A stretch of DNA of 63,005 bases, the filler included, from Rhabdomonas costata (taxonomy: Eukaryota): the NCBI GenBank assembly GCA_019059605.1. It is 30 parts of 30 records of this genome, joined end to end, with 100 filler letters (N's around TTAATTAATTAA, not from the genome) between each part and the next. Parts side by side here need not be neighbours in the genome. Positions count along the whole stretch, not along the records: positions 1 to 2,005 come from JAHMHO010006509.1; positions 2,106 to 4,110 come from JAHMHO010006510.1; positions 4,211 to 6,215 come from JAHMHO010006511.1; positions 6,316 to 8,320 come from JAHMHO010006512.1; positions 8,421 to 10,425 come from JAHMHO010006513.1; positions 10,526 to 12,530 come from JAHMHO010006514.1; positions 12,631 to 14,635 come from JAHMHO010006515.1; 23 more parts are not named here. One strand, given 5' to 3'. The stretch's first letter is position 1. Each line of letters begins with the position of its first letter. Both the position numbers and the translations under genes were made by a program. The notes below the pieces were generated by a model that did not search any database, was not told where the DNA came from, and was given only the letters and a program-made list of their open reading frames with translations. Shown piece after piece: positions 1 to 13,344 of this stretch.

Positions 1-68
1 GGTGGGTTTTGACTGCGCTGGACGAGGTCTTACCTTTGTGATCGTTTGCCTCCCTTCACATTGCGCAG

Positions 69-1978
69 CCTTGCGATTGGGGTGAGCCACATCTCCACGC
101 CCTTCCCGGCGGTAGTGGTGCACCTTACCAACGGCCTGGTCAGTGTGGCGGTGGGGCTGGTGGCCGTGGCCGCTTACAAGCTGAGCCAGAAGGTCGTCAC
201 CGACACCGTCACGATGTTGATTTGTTTTGGAGCGGCATGCGTCTCGGTGGCCTACTCGGCAGCCTGGGTGGACCCCTCACTGATGGTGGCTGGGGGCTTG
301 CTGACCTTCCTGTGGGACACGTGGCAGGTTGTTTTGGGAATTCATTTTTTTGCCCTCCTTCTGCTTCGTTCGTTCCTCATGATGATTTTAGGTTTTGTTC
401 CTTGGCACGACTCAAAAACGACCCCCTCCTCCCGTGACACTCCGCTTGGACAGCTTTTTTTTTACCACTTTTTATGTACATCAGCATGGGTTGTGTTTGG
501 TGCGGCTTCCTCTTTCGGCTTTCTGTGTTGCCTGCTTTGGAGAGGTACTTTGTGAAATGTTCTGCCCACACAGGACCGGAAGGCCCGTTCCCACGTCATC
601 CCCGCTCCAAGCCAGGTGTGTGCAAATGATGGCGGTATGTGCATGGGGATGGAATGCATGCTGAGGATTTACGCGGTAGTTGCTTGAATCGCTGCTCCTG
701 CAAGTTTGTGGTTCTTTCTTAGGGAATATTTCCATTTGAGCCGATCCTTGGCTTCGAAGTGACTCTTGTCAGTTCATCCTGCACATAGCGCTTTGGAACC
801 ACGCCGATTTCATGAATGTTGCTGAGGATTGGCAGCTTGAGGTCATTGGTTCGGGTTTCGACATCTTCCACAACAGGACGATCATGACCATTTCTCATCA
901 TCGTGTATGCCGCCGGAAAGCCGGGTCGACGGCGATCCCCCTGCGCTCGCCGACGGCCCACAGGAGGAGGCTCCCTCCCACTCCCAGGAACAACACAGGA
1001 ACCAGCCATCGAATCCTACCCCTGGGAACCCTGACTCAACGGTCAACGTGCTGGACGTTCCTGTGGAGGTCCACGACATGGGTATTTACAGTGCCCTCTC
1101 TGGCTCTTTTATGGCCCATCGAAAATGGAGGCACCTTCGCCCCTTCGAATTTCGCCGTGCTCACGCAATTGACGCTGGTTCATGTTTTGCCCTAATCACT
1201 ACAAAAAATCCCAACTCGTTGGTAACCCGTTTTTTCATCTCACCTTTAAGTGGCCCGGCAATGCCAAAGGACGATTGCATGCAATATAATCGTATAATCC
1301 GCAGGGCGCGTTTCCCGCAGCCCTTTGGAAACGAAATGCGCCGTGTCATGATTTTGATGTGAAATTGTGTGAAAGTCTCTACGTTGCTCGATTTAGGGCT
1401 GAACTACTCCCCCCTCTTCGGGGGGTTGGTTATTGCTTTCGCGGCAGCTGTGCTGGTGTCCCTTCTGGTGGCACGGGCTCTGCTGAGCAGTACACCTATC
1501 CCGTTGTCTTACGTGTGTTTGTTTGCTTTGCCCTTTTTCAGTAATTCTCGGGGGTTTAGACGTTTTTGTCGGAATTCCCCTTCTGAATTCCGCTTTTTCT
1601 TGTGCTTGTCTTGCTTCTTCATCCCATCTGTACCTTCACGAACTGAGCGGCCGGCGTCGACATTTTTGAGCTCAACCGTGACTTGGTGAAGTCGCAGGGA
1701 GCGGTCTCTTACTCTGCTTGAAAAGCTGGAAAAAACTAAGGGATGAAAACGTTCTGCTGAAATTCATCGGCGATCTCTGCTGACCGGTGACGCTGCTTCC
1801 GGTGTGTCTTACCTCTCCTCCCGTGGGCCGCAGTTCACGAACGTCTACATTGCCGGGACGATTATCTTTGGAGGCGGTCCCGTTGTGGTTCCGCTGCTGC
1901 ACTCTTACGTGGTCGACCCCGGCTGGTTGTCCGAGCGGGAGTTTCTGTTGGGGCTGGCCTTCGTGAACATCCTACCCG
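69..1978 (+). CDS. Chromate ion transporter (CHR family, long-chain eukaryotic type), partial, spliced
   Basis: Exons about 69-327, 574-615 (uncertain), 877-1081, 1397-1512 and 1834-1978 have GT-AG ends and consistent phases. They encode NGLVSVAVGLVAVAAYKLS and IAGTIIFGGGPVVVPLLHSYVVDPGWLSEREFLLGLAFVNILPG, matching the CHR signature FGGG..V...GW....F..G......PG. Confidence 0.85.
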
Positions 1979-2005
1979 GTTTCAGCCCCCCCCCCCACCA
2001 ACACC

Positions 2006-2105
2006 NNNNNNNNNNNNNNNNNNNNNNNNNNNNNNNNNNNNNNNNNNNNTTAATTAATTAANNNNNNNNNNNNNNNNNNNNNNNNNNNNNNNNNNNNNNN
2101 NNNNN
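2006..2105. other. Artificial contig spacer (44 N + TTAATTAATTAA + 44 N); the first of 29, recurring about every 2.1 kb
   Basis: The same block, with stops in all six frames, separates 30 contigs of about 2002-2005 nt. Confidence 0.99.
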
Positions 2106-2128
2106 TGTGTTGGGCTCCTTTGGTTGGG

Positions 2129-2263
2129 GGGGTCAGGGACAGCCGGACAGCTGGGATCCAAGAACGCAGAAAATCTCTTGGCGTGGCTGAGCATGGGGAG
2201 GTGGCTTCACACGCAGTCCCGTCCGCATTCTTGGAGCCCAGCTGTCCGGCTGTCCCTGACCCC
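2129..2263. repeat. Contig-terminal fold-back inverted repeat (arms about 41 nt), probable amplification chimera
   Basis: 2130-2170 is the reverse complement of 2222-2262 with 3 mismatches. Confidence 0.85.
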
Positions 2264-3980
2264 TTCAGCAACAGACTGCATGGTGCAATTAACATACGCG
2301 CTGGACCCCTGCCCGGGGTCAGTTTGCCCACTTGGGTTGTCCTGCTCAACACTGAAAAGGCAGGTGGAGATCTCCGGAAAGATCTCGCCGTTCCTTTTTA
2401 CCGCCTTTCTCTCTCTCTCTCTCTCGACCCTTTATTTATTTTAGGCAGCTCGTCGAGAAGGAAGAGGAAATCTGCGAGATGATGAGGAAGGTGGTATCCC
2501 TGGAGAGAGACCACATTTAACACTGGCAGAATGGCAGGGGTATGGAACATTTGTCCTGCTTTTCCTGTCCCTCTTCCGGAAGATATCGAAAATATGAAAA
2601 GCACCTCATACAAAGAAGCAATGCACACAGGGGCGTGCCCGCACAGACGGGGTGCCAATAGTCCGCAAACATATGCAGCCTCCAGTGTCCGGTACAAAAA
2701 ACCTCATCAGGGGAAGAAGAAGGGTTCGTGCAGTATGGCAAAGGAAGCTGGAGAAATGAGAGAGGGGATTCTGGCGGGAAACATTGAATTGGCACGCGGG
2801 AAGGGATGCGGGGACGCGCATCAATTAGGAAAAATGCAGCCAGAGAGACTGGCGTTTGCTCCGCGATCGCAATCCCGAGGTAGCGCCACTGGTCACGCTT
2901 CAAGGTGGGTGGCCGAGCTGTTCTTACCTCGTTAGAGCTCGCACTTTTGCCGGAAGATATCCGCCTCTGCATGATCGGGTCTGCTGGTGAAAAGCACGTC
3001 ATACAAAAGAAGCGTGGACGCCCCATAGATAGCACCCCTCTTCGCCATCCGTCCATTCCCGGGAGCACTTTCAGAACGAAGGGGTTGCATCTTCCCTATG
3101 CCGTGGAGGATAATGGGTTGAAGCTGAACGATGTATATCCGCCCGTTGCTGTTTCTTTCTTCCTCGCTTTCGCTTTTTGGTCTATCTTTTTACGCCTTTT
3201 ATTTCGGCGACCGTTTGTCCTTTTGTAATTGTGGTAACTTTGTGCAGCAGAGAATCTCTCTTTTCGTAGTTGTGACAGAGGAAGGGTGAGGTGCGAAGGA
3301 TAATCAACTGATCAATAATACACTGCTGCGGTCGCCCCCCCCCCGGCCCTCGAAATTCGCTGGTGAACTGAGGTGTCTGGGACGGAGACAGTCGGAGTGG
3401 GGCGGTTTGGTAACCGCGACGCCCATCCACTATGCGCTCCACGCTCTTGCAATAGATTGTTTTTGGCCAACAAAACATCCTTGACACACCTTTGAACCCG
3501 ATTTTATCAATGATATGTTCGCAGTTCGAGAATTATCACCCACCTACCTAGCGATACTTAGCTGCGCAAATGCCCTGAATCCCGCTCACCCACAGACAGC
3601 CACTGCTTGTCTCACAGAAGGGAGGGTTGCATGTTCCGTGCTGGCCTATAACCATTCAGAGAAATTTCGTGAAAGCCGCTTTGGTCGCCGGACTTCTTAC
3701 GATGTGCAAGGTGCGATTGACGTCAGAGGAGGGGAAGTGGTAATGGTGACCACTCCATGCTCCATGGATAGCGCCCCCGTTCGTCGCTCGTGGTTTCCCT
3801 AGAGCTCTACCACAACGAAGGGGTTGGCCCTATGTCATAGAGAACGAAGGGCCGAAGCCGAAAGGTGTATTTGAAGTTTGTAAGCCCAGGAGGGGTCCCC
3901 CCCCCACTGTCGCATAGCATTCGAATCGAAATTGTGTGCAACAGTGCTCGCCTCCCCATGCTGCTGTTTTTCGCTTTCTT

Positions 3981-4109
3981 TTTTGTTCAGCTTTGTGCTT
4001 GTTTCACATCCACCTGCACTTTTTGAATATGTCTTGGATCTGGGGCTCAATGAAGACATATTCAAAAAGTGCAGGTGGATGTGAAACAAGCACAAAGCTG
4101 AACCAAAAC
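3981..4109. repeat. Contig-terminal fold-back inverted repeat (arms about 55 nt), probable amplification chimera
   Basis: 3981-4035 pairs with 4053-4109 across a loop of about 17 nt, directly at the contig end. Confidence 0.9.
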
Positions 4110-7100
4110 ANNNNNNNNNNNNNNNNNNNNNNNNNNNNNNNNNNNNNNNNNNNNTTAATTAATTAANNNNNNNNNNNNNNNNNNNNNNNNNNNNNNNNNN
4201 NNNNNNNNNNGTTTGGTCAGACAAGATCGAGGTGCAAGCCGTCCGTGCCAATAACGGCAGACTTTTGGCGGGAAGAGGGACCGACCAGAGGACGGAGACG
4301 GAGAGCGGCGTTCATGGCCTACTTTGTCGCCAAACTATTTACTGAGCAACAATACGCTGCCGCTTACTGCCTAAAACCCTTTCAAACTTTCGAGCAACAG
4401 GAATGCCTTCCGCTTCCGCCCGGGCAGTTTTCCGCGCGCCCGCTCGGCCACTGTTTGAAAGCTAAAATGCGGAAACACGTTTTTAATACGGACTTGAAAA
4501 TTAGACTTTTGACCAGCAGCGACGCCGGGCCAGGAGCACAAAAGGGCCGAATCTAAGAAAGGGAAGGCTTCTACGAGGGGCGCGCTGGCAGACGAAAGAA
4601 ACAGGCGCAGGGAAGGGCAGAAAAGGGGGCGCTTGGCGGAGGCAAAAAATAAAGGGGGGCCGCAGGTCTCGCGCCAAGGCGAAGGCGGCAAGAAAAGGCC
4701 AAAGCCCACCACGCAACGCTCGGGGAGAACACACAAAGAAGCCGGAAGACGTAGCCCAGAAAAAAAGGCACATAGTTAACCAACCAATTTTTGCGAATTG
4801 AGGGACGTGAGAGGTAAGATGTGGCAAGACGAGTCTAAAACTTTTTTAAATCTGGAGGGCGGTTCAGTCCACTTTCAATCGAAGGGCAGTGCGTTTAGTT
4901 CCTTTGAAAAGGAAGCCGCGTGGGTTAGTACATTGATACAAAGTGAGACTGCGTTTAACTATGATTAGTGTTTATTGGTTATGGACCTATGGATTGTCAG
5001 GTTGCGAAACAACAGTTCAGTCGTGTGAGTTTTGTTTGTTGAAATAAGTTCCAGAATTGGGATGTTTCACTACCAACTCTGGCACAGAACTATATATGTG
5101 GCACCGGTCTTGTACAGGAGATGGAAATGATGTCGCCGGTCCAACAAATGTGCCTCGCTAAAAGAGACTCAGTTGTGGCGGGACATCAGGCGGTGAAGTT
5201 GTCAGAGGCATTGGTCTTGATGAATAAGCATGGCCAAAAGAGCCTTTGCAAAGTTCTTGTAGGGAAAGCGAATGCATAGATACAGCTGTTCTGCGTGAAT
5301 TGGAACTTGAAAACTAGAAAATTGGAACGTGACACATGGTTCTTTATTAATCAGTTTGGTAAGAGTGATTTATGTCTTGGACAATCAGAGTGAACGAAAA
5401 TATGAACCTACATCTTCGAAATCACGTTGCAATTACACTGGACGTCGGAGAATGTGACCACACTCTATACGAACATGGATTGACGCTCATACGTTTAAAA
5501 TGCTGGACACTTTTGCAGACCAATTAGATGCAAGTTTCTATTACGACACTTTTGGGTACAACATTTTGAAAATATTTGTTAAAATGATAGTTGAAAGAAT
5601 TTACTTTGCTCAGTTCACATTGTGAAACAAGCTGTTCGTGACCAGCAATTGAGTACATTTTCATTCAATAGTTAGTTGCTTACATAAGCGCATGGCTGGT
5701 GACTAAATTTTGCAAAACAAAAAAGAATGATGACGTTGAAAGTTCATAATAAAACACAGAGCATTTGTTTCCGTAACAAACGTAGTTTAGTGTAGGGTTT
5801 AGATACGAGAAAAACGGGAAAATGTCCACGTGTTTGTATGTAGACATTTTTTGCGCTTTTTACTTTTTGCAAAGTATTCGGCGTTTCAAGCCTCCGTATG
5901 GCCTCAAGCCAGAGGTTTGTGGGGTGGGCTATCCAATGAAAAAAGTCACGGGCAAAAATTCGGCGATTTTAAATTTTCGAACCTAACAACCCCTCATGAA
6001 AGAACCTATTACCACCTCATGAAAGTTTTCAATTTTTGGGACCGCGGACATTGCAGAATGTTTTCGCAAAAACATTAAAAATTGCGTTTTTGGACTATAT
6101 AAAAGAAGACGTTGAGTCCAGCCCGGTAGAGGTGACTTAACCCACATTTTTGTGGCCACACAACACGAAAATCACGGTTTTGTGCTTCTACTCGACCATC
6201 ATGACTCTGAAAACGNNNNNNNNNNNNNNNNNNNNNNNNNNNNNNNNNNNNNNNNNNNNTTAATTAATTAANNNNNNNNNNNNNNNNNNNNNNNNNNNNN
6301 NNNNNNNNNNNNNNNGGGGTTTGGGATTAATGTCTTGACTCCTTTGGCCTGGTGGACCTCTGGTATGACTTTGTCACCGGAAATGTTTGCCAACAGTTTT
6401 CGTGGCGCCACCATTGGAGTGACTAAACCGTTCTTTTGGCAATTTGGATGCCATGGGCCTGGTGGCCAATATTTATGTGAACTCCTAGCCAACGGATTAG
6501 TGGAGTTCTGAGAATAATCCGCAGTATGTGTGATCCTTTCAAGGATCTTGGGGCTTCCAAATTTCTCTCTGGGAGGCCCTAACGGACTTCTTCCTCAAGC
6601 TGGTGGCTGAATTCTTTACCTTGGTGGAGGTGAATGCTTTGTGTAATAAGGAGCTGCGGACGGCGTACGTCACTATATTACATAATGCCACGGTTGGTAG
6701 TATCCACCATTATCAACTGAAAACCACCGCCATCAACGTGGTGTACCTGGTCTGGGCAAATTGCATGGTAATCGAATAGCTCTTGACATCCAGAGCCGTT
6801 ACCTTGGGTCCATTTTGATGATGTCTTTGCGCATATAGGAATCATTCGCATGTCCATCTATTGACAGACCTAATTGCAGATGTGCTGCTTCTTGATAACT
6901 GGTACCAGGCCTGGTGCAACGTCCTGTGGATTATCATCTACGTGGAACAGAAGAAGCTGTTGTAGCTTCAAGTTCTTTCTGGCGAAAATATTGATCTGTT
7001 CTTTGCCAATGGAATCTAACTTTGGAGGTTCATTCTACATTATGCATTGCGGGATCTGAGCTTGGATCTCAGGAACGTGTCGCCACTACGTCTCACTTCA

Positions 7101-9013
7101 CTCCGCGATAGCAACAGCAAAATTTGGGGTCCTGATTCTGTCGAGCTGTGGAGTGAGGCCATTTTATCCACTGTTTTGTATGGAATTGTTGTGTGTGTGG
7201 TCACCAATTCTCGGATTTGTACACTGGCTTTACAAGGCCTCAAGGTTGCGGAGAACCCCAGTTCTAAATTTATGCATTTCTTCCGTTCTCACTGTTCTCC
7301 ATTTCAATACGGATGTTACGGAGGTTACCTCTTGGAAACAATTTGGAGCCTGCGCCTTCCACGAGCCACACACCTTAACGTGCTGGCACGTCTTTTGAGG
7401 TGTCTTATTACGCTAACAAGCACGCCATGCTTGGTATGGACGTTACACCGCTTTGTGACTACATCTAACGTACTGCAGTTGATTGAGCATACCACTTTGT
7501 TGTACTCGACCTCGGAAGATCTCAAGTGGAATCTGACACATCATTGCACATCGCCGTTTGTGGTTGGAGTGTTGTTTGTTCTGAAGGAGAACTTGAAGCT
7601 GAGGTTGTGCGTGGACTAGCGAACGCAATAGATGTGAAGTAATCTTACCATTTGCAGATAAATTACGAGGTTGTTGACATTTTGTAGCACTCAAAGTGGT
7701 TCACGAAAGTTATAATCATAGAAAAGTAGGCATGGGGGTTCATATATTTATGAATTGTGCGTAGCATACACCCGGAATCAACTTGGGGAACCCACGACTA
7801 TGAGCGCAGCTACTTAGGCATTGTGATTAAGACAGCTAGGGAGTATACAAGGATCAGAGAGTATACTACCAGGCAACCTCGGGTCCATGCAGTGTCCCTA
7901 GGCCACCTTTCTCTATTTCTTGTGCATTTCGGCTTTGGCGAACTCATTTGCATTAATGATACCGTTTGGTGTCAGTGTAAGACATTTGCATCCTTAGATA
8001 TTTACTGAGGCTGATGTCGTAATTTCTCACTCACTACATACCACTCTTTGCGCCACGGAGGCATCTAGATGTACGAGTAATGTCGTAGTAGTATGATAGT
8101 AGGTATCTGCACCGCAGGTAGTAAGAGGCCCCCTGAGTGTGTAGGTGGTATAATCACCTTAGATAGACATGCCACTAGACCACAACCACTAGACACCAAC
8201 AACCATGAGTGATTGATTGGAGTGGTGAATGCAGGGGTACATTAACCCTTACATCCTGTGGTCATGATGAGGGATGGTGTGGGTTTTGAATGTGGGCTGA
8301 TGGTGATGATAGTATGGTGTNNNNNNNNNNNNNNNNNNNNNNNNNNNNNNNNNNNNNNNNNNNNTTAATTAATTAANNNNNNNNNNNNNNNNNNNNNNNN
8401 NNNNNNNNNNNNNNNNNNNNGTTGTGGTTGACCTGTAGGGCAAGCGCCGCTCGCTGCCCGATTTGCATGTGGTGTTGCTTTGAAGAGCTGAATGTCGTTG
8501 CGTGCTGTGCTGTGCGTTTTTGTGCCCGTGTTTTCCCTGTCTTCTTCTATTTCTTCTTCTTCATTTCCGCAGTTGACCTGGTTTGCCTGGGCTATTGGCC
8601 TCCAAACCGGGGGTGTCCTGTGTTGAGGATCCGTGAGGGTTTTTGGGGTTCTACTTCTTCGCCTCTTCCTTTTGCCATGCCAGGTACATTCAAGAAACTT
8701 CAGATATGTATCTGGTTCTTTGATTCTTGCTTGGTGGGGTGGATTGGTGGGGTGACCATGCTCAGGATGACAAGTGAAAGCCATGCGAATCCCCGTGCAA
8801 TACGAACGTTAGGGTCCGCTTCTGTCTGCAGCGTGCACGGAGCTTTGGGACTCAGGCTCCTGTGAGGAAGGATTTTTCCGTGTGCGCTTCAGCCTCTTTG
8901 TCTCTTGACTTGAGGTGTTTTGAGTGCAGTGGCGTTTTTTGTTTTTTCTGCGCTGACCCGAGGATCCTCCCTTTTCGCCGGCACCGCTGAGAGCAGAGGG
9001 CACCAACACGACG

Positions 9014-10219
9014 ATGTTTGCGACGGATGTGGTGCCAAAGTTTGTTGCAGTTACAGGTCTTGTTGCGCTTGCGCCTTCGACAATTTTTTTCAAAATCAGG
9101 ACGCGCGTGCATATTAGCTTAAGCATATGCTTTTGTGCTGCTCCGTTCTCTTACCACATTTTTCAACATGCATCTCATCTGCTGCTAGCGTTTCTATGTA
9201 TTTGCCCTCCGCAGCACAATTCTCGCTCTAGATGGGTTCTTATGCTGTTGGTGTCTTTGTCCTCACAGGGGGAGTATGCGGCAGCCTGGACAAGGGTGCC
9301 ATTGCGGCCTCCATCGGGGCTGTGCTGAAGGCCTACGGGTACCGCGTGACGGCGATGAAGATTGACCCCTATTTTAACATTGACAAGAGTCTGATCAGCC
9401 CCCTACAGCATGGCGAGGTGGGAAATTGCTCTCTCTCTCTCTCTTTTTGCTTGCTTACCCTCCCTATGCTGCTATGGATGGTGCGATTCGCACGGGAACC
9501 TGGGCGCTGAGTTAAGATGGTTTCACGGTGCACGGTACCGCTGAACCATCAGATGTAACTCTATCACCTAACTGGTAGACTGGAAAACCCCCTGTACGTG
9601 TACCTTGTAACCTTGTAAGCTATAAACTTTAAATGGAACCAATACCACAACCTAGAACTAGGACTGCCGACATTGGTACGGCATCATGGCATCTTCCCAC
9701 AGGATGCATTCAGAGTGCATTCAGGTAAACCAAAAGGAAGAGAATGAGAAGTCAAGGGCGATTATTGATCAGTAATTTTTTTTACGGTGTGTTTGGACCA
9801 CTAGCTTCTGTGGCATTTGCGTTTCTGGTCAAGTTCATTTGAACAGCACGAACTCTGACATAACGACGTTTCCTGCTTTAGCAGATTAAGGATCGGGGAT
9901 CTATAAGTAAACGGGATCTGGTTGCTGGTGTACTGTGGTCTACGTGCATGCCCCGGTCGGTGGTATTCGTGGACCGCTTTTTGCGTTGGGAGTTGGTCGG
10001 TGCGTCTGACAGGTGTTTGTACTGGACGACGGGGCCGAGGTGGACCTGGAGATGGGCAACTTTGAGCGGGCAATGGACCTAACCCTGGGGCGCAACAACA
10101 ACCTCACCAGCGGCAAAGTCTGGAGCTACGTCATCGACAAGGAGCGCCGCGGGGACTATCTCGGGAAGACAGTGCAGATGATCCCTCACGTTGCCGATGA
10201 AATCATTCGGTGGATCACG
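9014..10219 (+). CDS. CTPS: CTP synthase-family protein, N-terminal synthetase domain (divergent), partial
   Basis: Exons 9014-9056, 9269-9417 and 10013-10219 (GT-AG, phases 1 and 0) give [31 protein letters not shown]...KIDPYFNID...[23 protein letters not shown]...NNLTSGKV...[18 protein letters not shown]. Confidence 0.95.
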
Positions 10220-13200
10220 GTAAGTGGAAGGCTTCTCCCCTGGCTACTCTCGCAAGACAACCTAAATATGGCAAGCAAGCCATGACTGGCGATGGCCGAA
10301 GCTTTCTCTGGAGTTTCTAAACGGAGCTCGGGTGTCGTGTGAATCTACTGAAAAGGAAAGCTAAACTTACTGCCACTCCTTGACCTGGCCGAGAGGTTTG
10401 ACTTGTCGGCATAATCACAAAAACANNNNNNNNNNNNNNNNNNNNNNNNNNNNNNNNNNNNNNNNNNNNTTAATTAATTAANNNNNNNNNNNNNNNNNNN
10501 NNNNNNNNNNNNNNNNNNNNNNNNNGTCAAACCGCAACGAAATAAACTCAACCAACGTTGTGTGTGCAAAATTTTTTTGTGAACAGTGTTAGTAAACAAA
10601 TTTTACTCTGCTTCCAGGTTTTACGTTCGTGGTGGAAATCAAGAGAACAAACTCCATCGCAAATCCTGTTTGGTAGGAGGTACCGGTCATGATGGTCGTG
10701 CAGTTGTCAGCGCAGGTTGAAAAGCACTCTGGAGTGGTCTACCTGAACAAGACCTGCAAGGTCGTCTCGTGTCCAGGTCTCGATTGGATGTGAACGTACT
10801 AATGGAATGCCGATGGACTCTTTTCGCGGACGCGATGACATGTGAGTGCTGGTACAACTGAGCGTTGGTACAGGACTGCTGTTTCATTCACACTGACGTT
10901 ACTTACTTACTAAAAACACCCGCCTTATGATCCATGGCAGACCAAATGACGCCACGTTGGACAGCTAACGCCAATCGAGGCGGATCCGCAAAGCGACCAC
11001 GCCAGTCGTGTTCATGTCGGCCATTCGCATTTGGTTTCCTATAGTATCAGACCACATCTTAGTGTGTTAACGCCGCCTGGTCGAAAGAAATCCTGGGGAA
11101 GTGCACAGCAACTAAATAGCACACGTAACAAGAGAACACAAAGCCACGATTGACCCACGTAACCAGGTGAATTTGGTTGAAGAAACTGAAGAGTATGGGG
11201 GACGATGCTGAAATTGGCTGCTGGCGACGGCAAAGCATCAACAAATGAAGAGAAATAAGCAAAAAATAAAATGAACAGTTAAACTTCTAAAGCGGCAAAC
11301 AGAACACATTTAAATATGAGATCTGGTTGAGTGGCGGATCTAAATGGAATAGAGTTCTCTCTATATCGACCATAACCACTGTTCTTGTTATCTGCCGCAC
11401 TACCTCCTTGTAAATTACCACTGAGACACGCCTTTATCCTATGAGGAACCTGGGTGGCTGTACCGGTATCCACGGAACAGCCGCCTCAGAACGTCTGGTA
11501 GAGTTGCCACCAGCCTTCCTTGATCTATTTGACCACAGCAGTAAATCTGATTACTTGATCGTGACCAAATGCTGCGTATTGCTGCATATTCTGCTGATAT
11601 ATGAGCTCTGCCACCATGAAGAAGTCATTCCTGAAGTCCTTTTGCAGCCGCATTGGGTGGCAGCCATAGACCTCTACGGCGAGTCAATTCAGTGGTCTAA
11701 GGCCTAAATTAGAAATTCCGTTGGTGTTAGCAGTGTAACTAATCATTGCTATGATGTAACAGGACATCAGAAGCATTTTCATGACAAATTGTGAATTGTT
11801 GTTCATTTTCCACAGTAATGGCCTCCATTTAAATTGAGTTTTGGTTGCCAAAATTTGCATAAGAGCGTGAAACAAAGTGTTATTAATATTTATTTATACA
11901 AATGGCAAATTCAGTCTTTGTGCAACAACACGAGTGCTATTGATGTCTTATGTTAACTGACTTTAATGTAATTTTATTAACATTAGAGCAACTTTTAAAC
12001 TAATGCAGTGTCAAACCTATTTTAAACACGTGTATGTATGTCACGCGTAGTGCACTTGGTCACCTATTTGTATGAATGTCTGAATTGCGTGTTTTCAGTC
12101 ATGCAAATTGTCATTACATGCTACCAAGTGTGAAGCATATTTAGTCTTCAAGGCAATTTCTGAGACAGGTGTATGTGTTACACAAATTCACAAATGAACC
12201 AGCCATAACAAAAAATAGAAATACTAGAATGCAGTTGTAGAGTAAATTATTCTCACGTAGCATACACGGACCAGAATGATCACGGATATTCTACTTGCGC
12301 ATAATTTACTATACAATTGAATTCTACTATTTTTATTTTCGTTATTGTTGGTTCAAACTGGTCCTTGTAAACATTTATGGTCTGAAATGTGGTTTTGCTT
12401 TAGTGCACAAACGCTCTCACACGTTATAGCGACAACGTAGTGAACGATATTACTAGTGAAAAAATGGAAATTGCCGATCAAAATTCATTTACAACATCCA
12501 AAATATCGTCATTGTTTCTACCACCAAACCNNNNNNNNNNNNNNNNNNNNNNNNNNNNNNNNNNNNNNNNNNNNTTAATTAATTAANNNNNNNNNNNNNN
12601 NNNNNNNNNNNNNNNNNNNNNNNNNNNNNNGCCCCTGATGTTCTGCGACTCGGCACCCATGGCTTCTGGGTTTATGGCCGCGTGTGTTCGCCCCTTCTCA
12701 TATGCTCTCGTTGTGCCCTGGGTTGAGTCTTAACAAACCGCCGAGTTGTATGGCGTTTTCTGCTGTCTGCGTCAGGCGGCTCTCTCAGGTCTTTCCTACG
12801 TTTGTGTGCGGGTGACAACTCGGAGGCGTACCATACGGTGCGAACAGGAAAAGCGTCAGGACGTTGTGCGGGCACGCGTTCACCTAGCCCTCCAAGTGCA
12901 GGTTGCTCTCACCCCCACTCTTTCTCCCGCTTCCCCACATCATCTCACCTCACCTACTCCTACCCACTACCGCCTTACACGCCTTACACGCCTCACACGG
13001 TTCTGGTGGTTCAGTCCCTTTAGCTCTACAACGCTGTAACTCCTTCGGTTTTCGCCCCTCTGTGCACTGGACTCACGTGCTTCTTGGCCGTTGCGTTGTT
13101 TCCATTCCCACCCTGAAAACAAAAGTTTCTGCTAGGAAACACTTGCTTTAACTCGGGCTCGGTTTTTGACAAGAGAAAGAACCTTTGAACACCGTACCAG

Positions 13201-13344
13201 CATGCTGGTGTGCCAGCACTGATCTTTTTGTTTTTTTGCGTTTTGTGCAGAACCCAAAACATCTACTTGCGCTTCTTGGCTTCGTGCTCTCGAAAAAGTC
13301 ATTTCCAAACTCGCGTGCACAGAAGTGAAAGGACTGGGACTCAC

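Noticed and set aside
2050..2061. Regularly spaced TTAATTAATTAA as a CRISPR-like or biological repeat
   Set aside because: It is embedded in N runs and is a synthetic all-frame-stop linker. ORFs ending in X...LIN are artefacts of it.
2531..3228. Possible decayed non-LTR retrotransposon 3' end (LPEDIRLCMIG...TPLRH)
   Set aside because: There is only a faint resemblance to a C-terminal zinc knuckle, and no RT or endonuclease motif.
6316..7700. Gag-like remnant on the minus strand
   Set aside because: There are many stops and no intact CCHC, protease or integrase motif. It is kept only as a generic decayed-element suspicion.
9232..9268. ORF-track start [12 protein letters not shown] as the CTP synthase N-terminus
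   Set aside because: This stretch reads as the intron's pyrimidine tract and acceptor. The upstream exon 9014-9056 (PKFVAVTG) fits the family consensus better.
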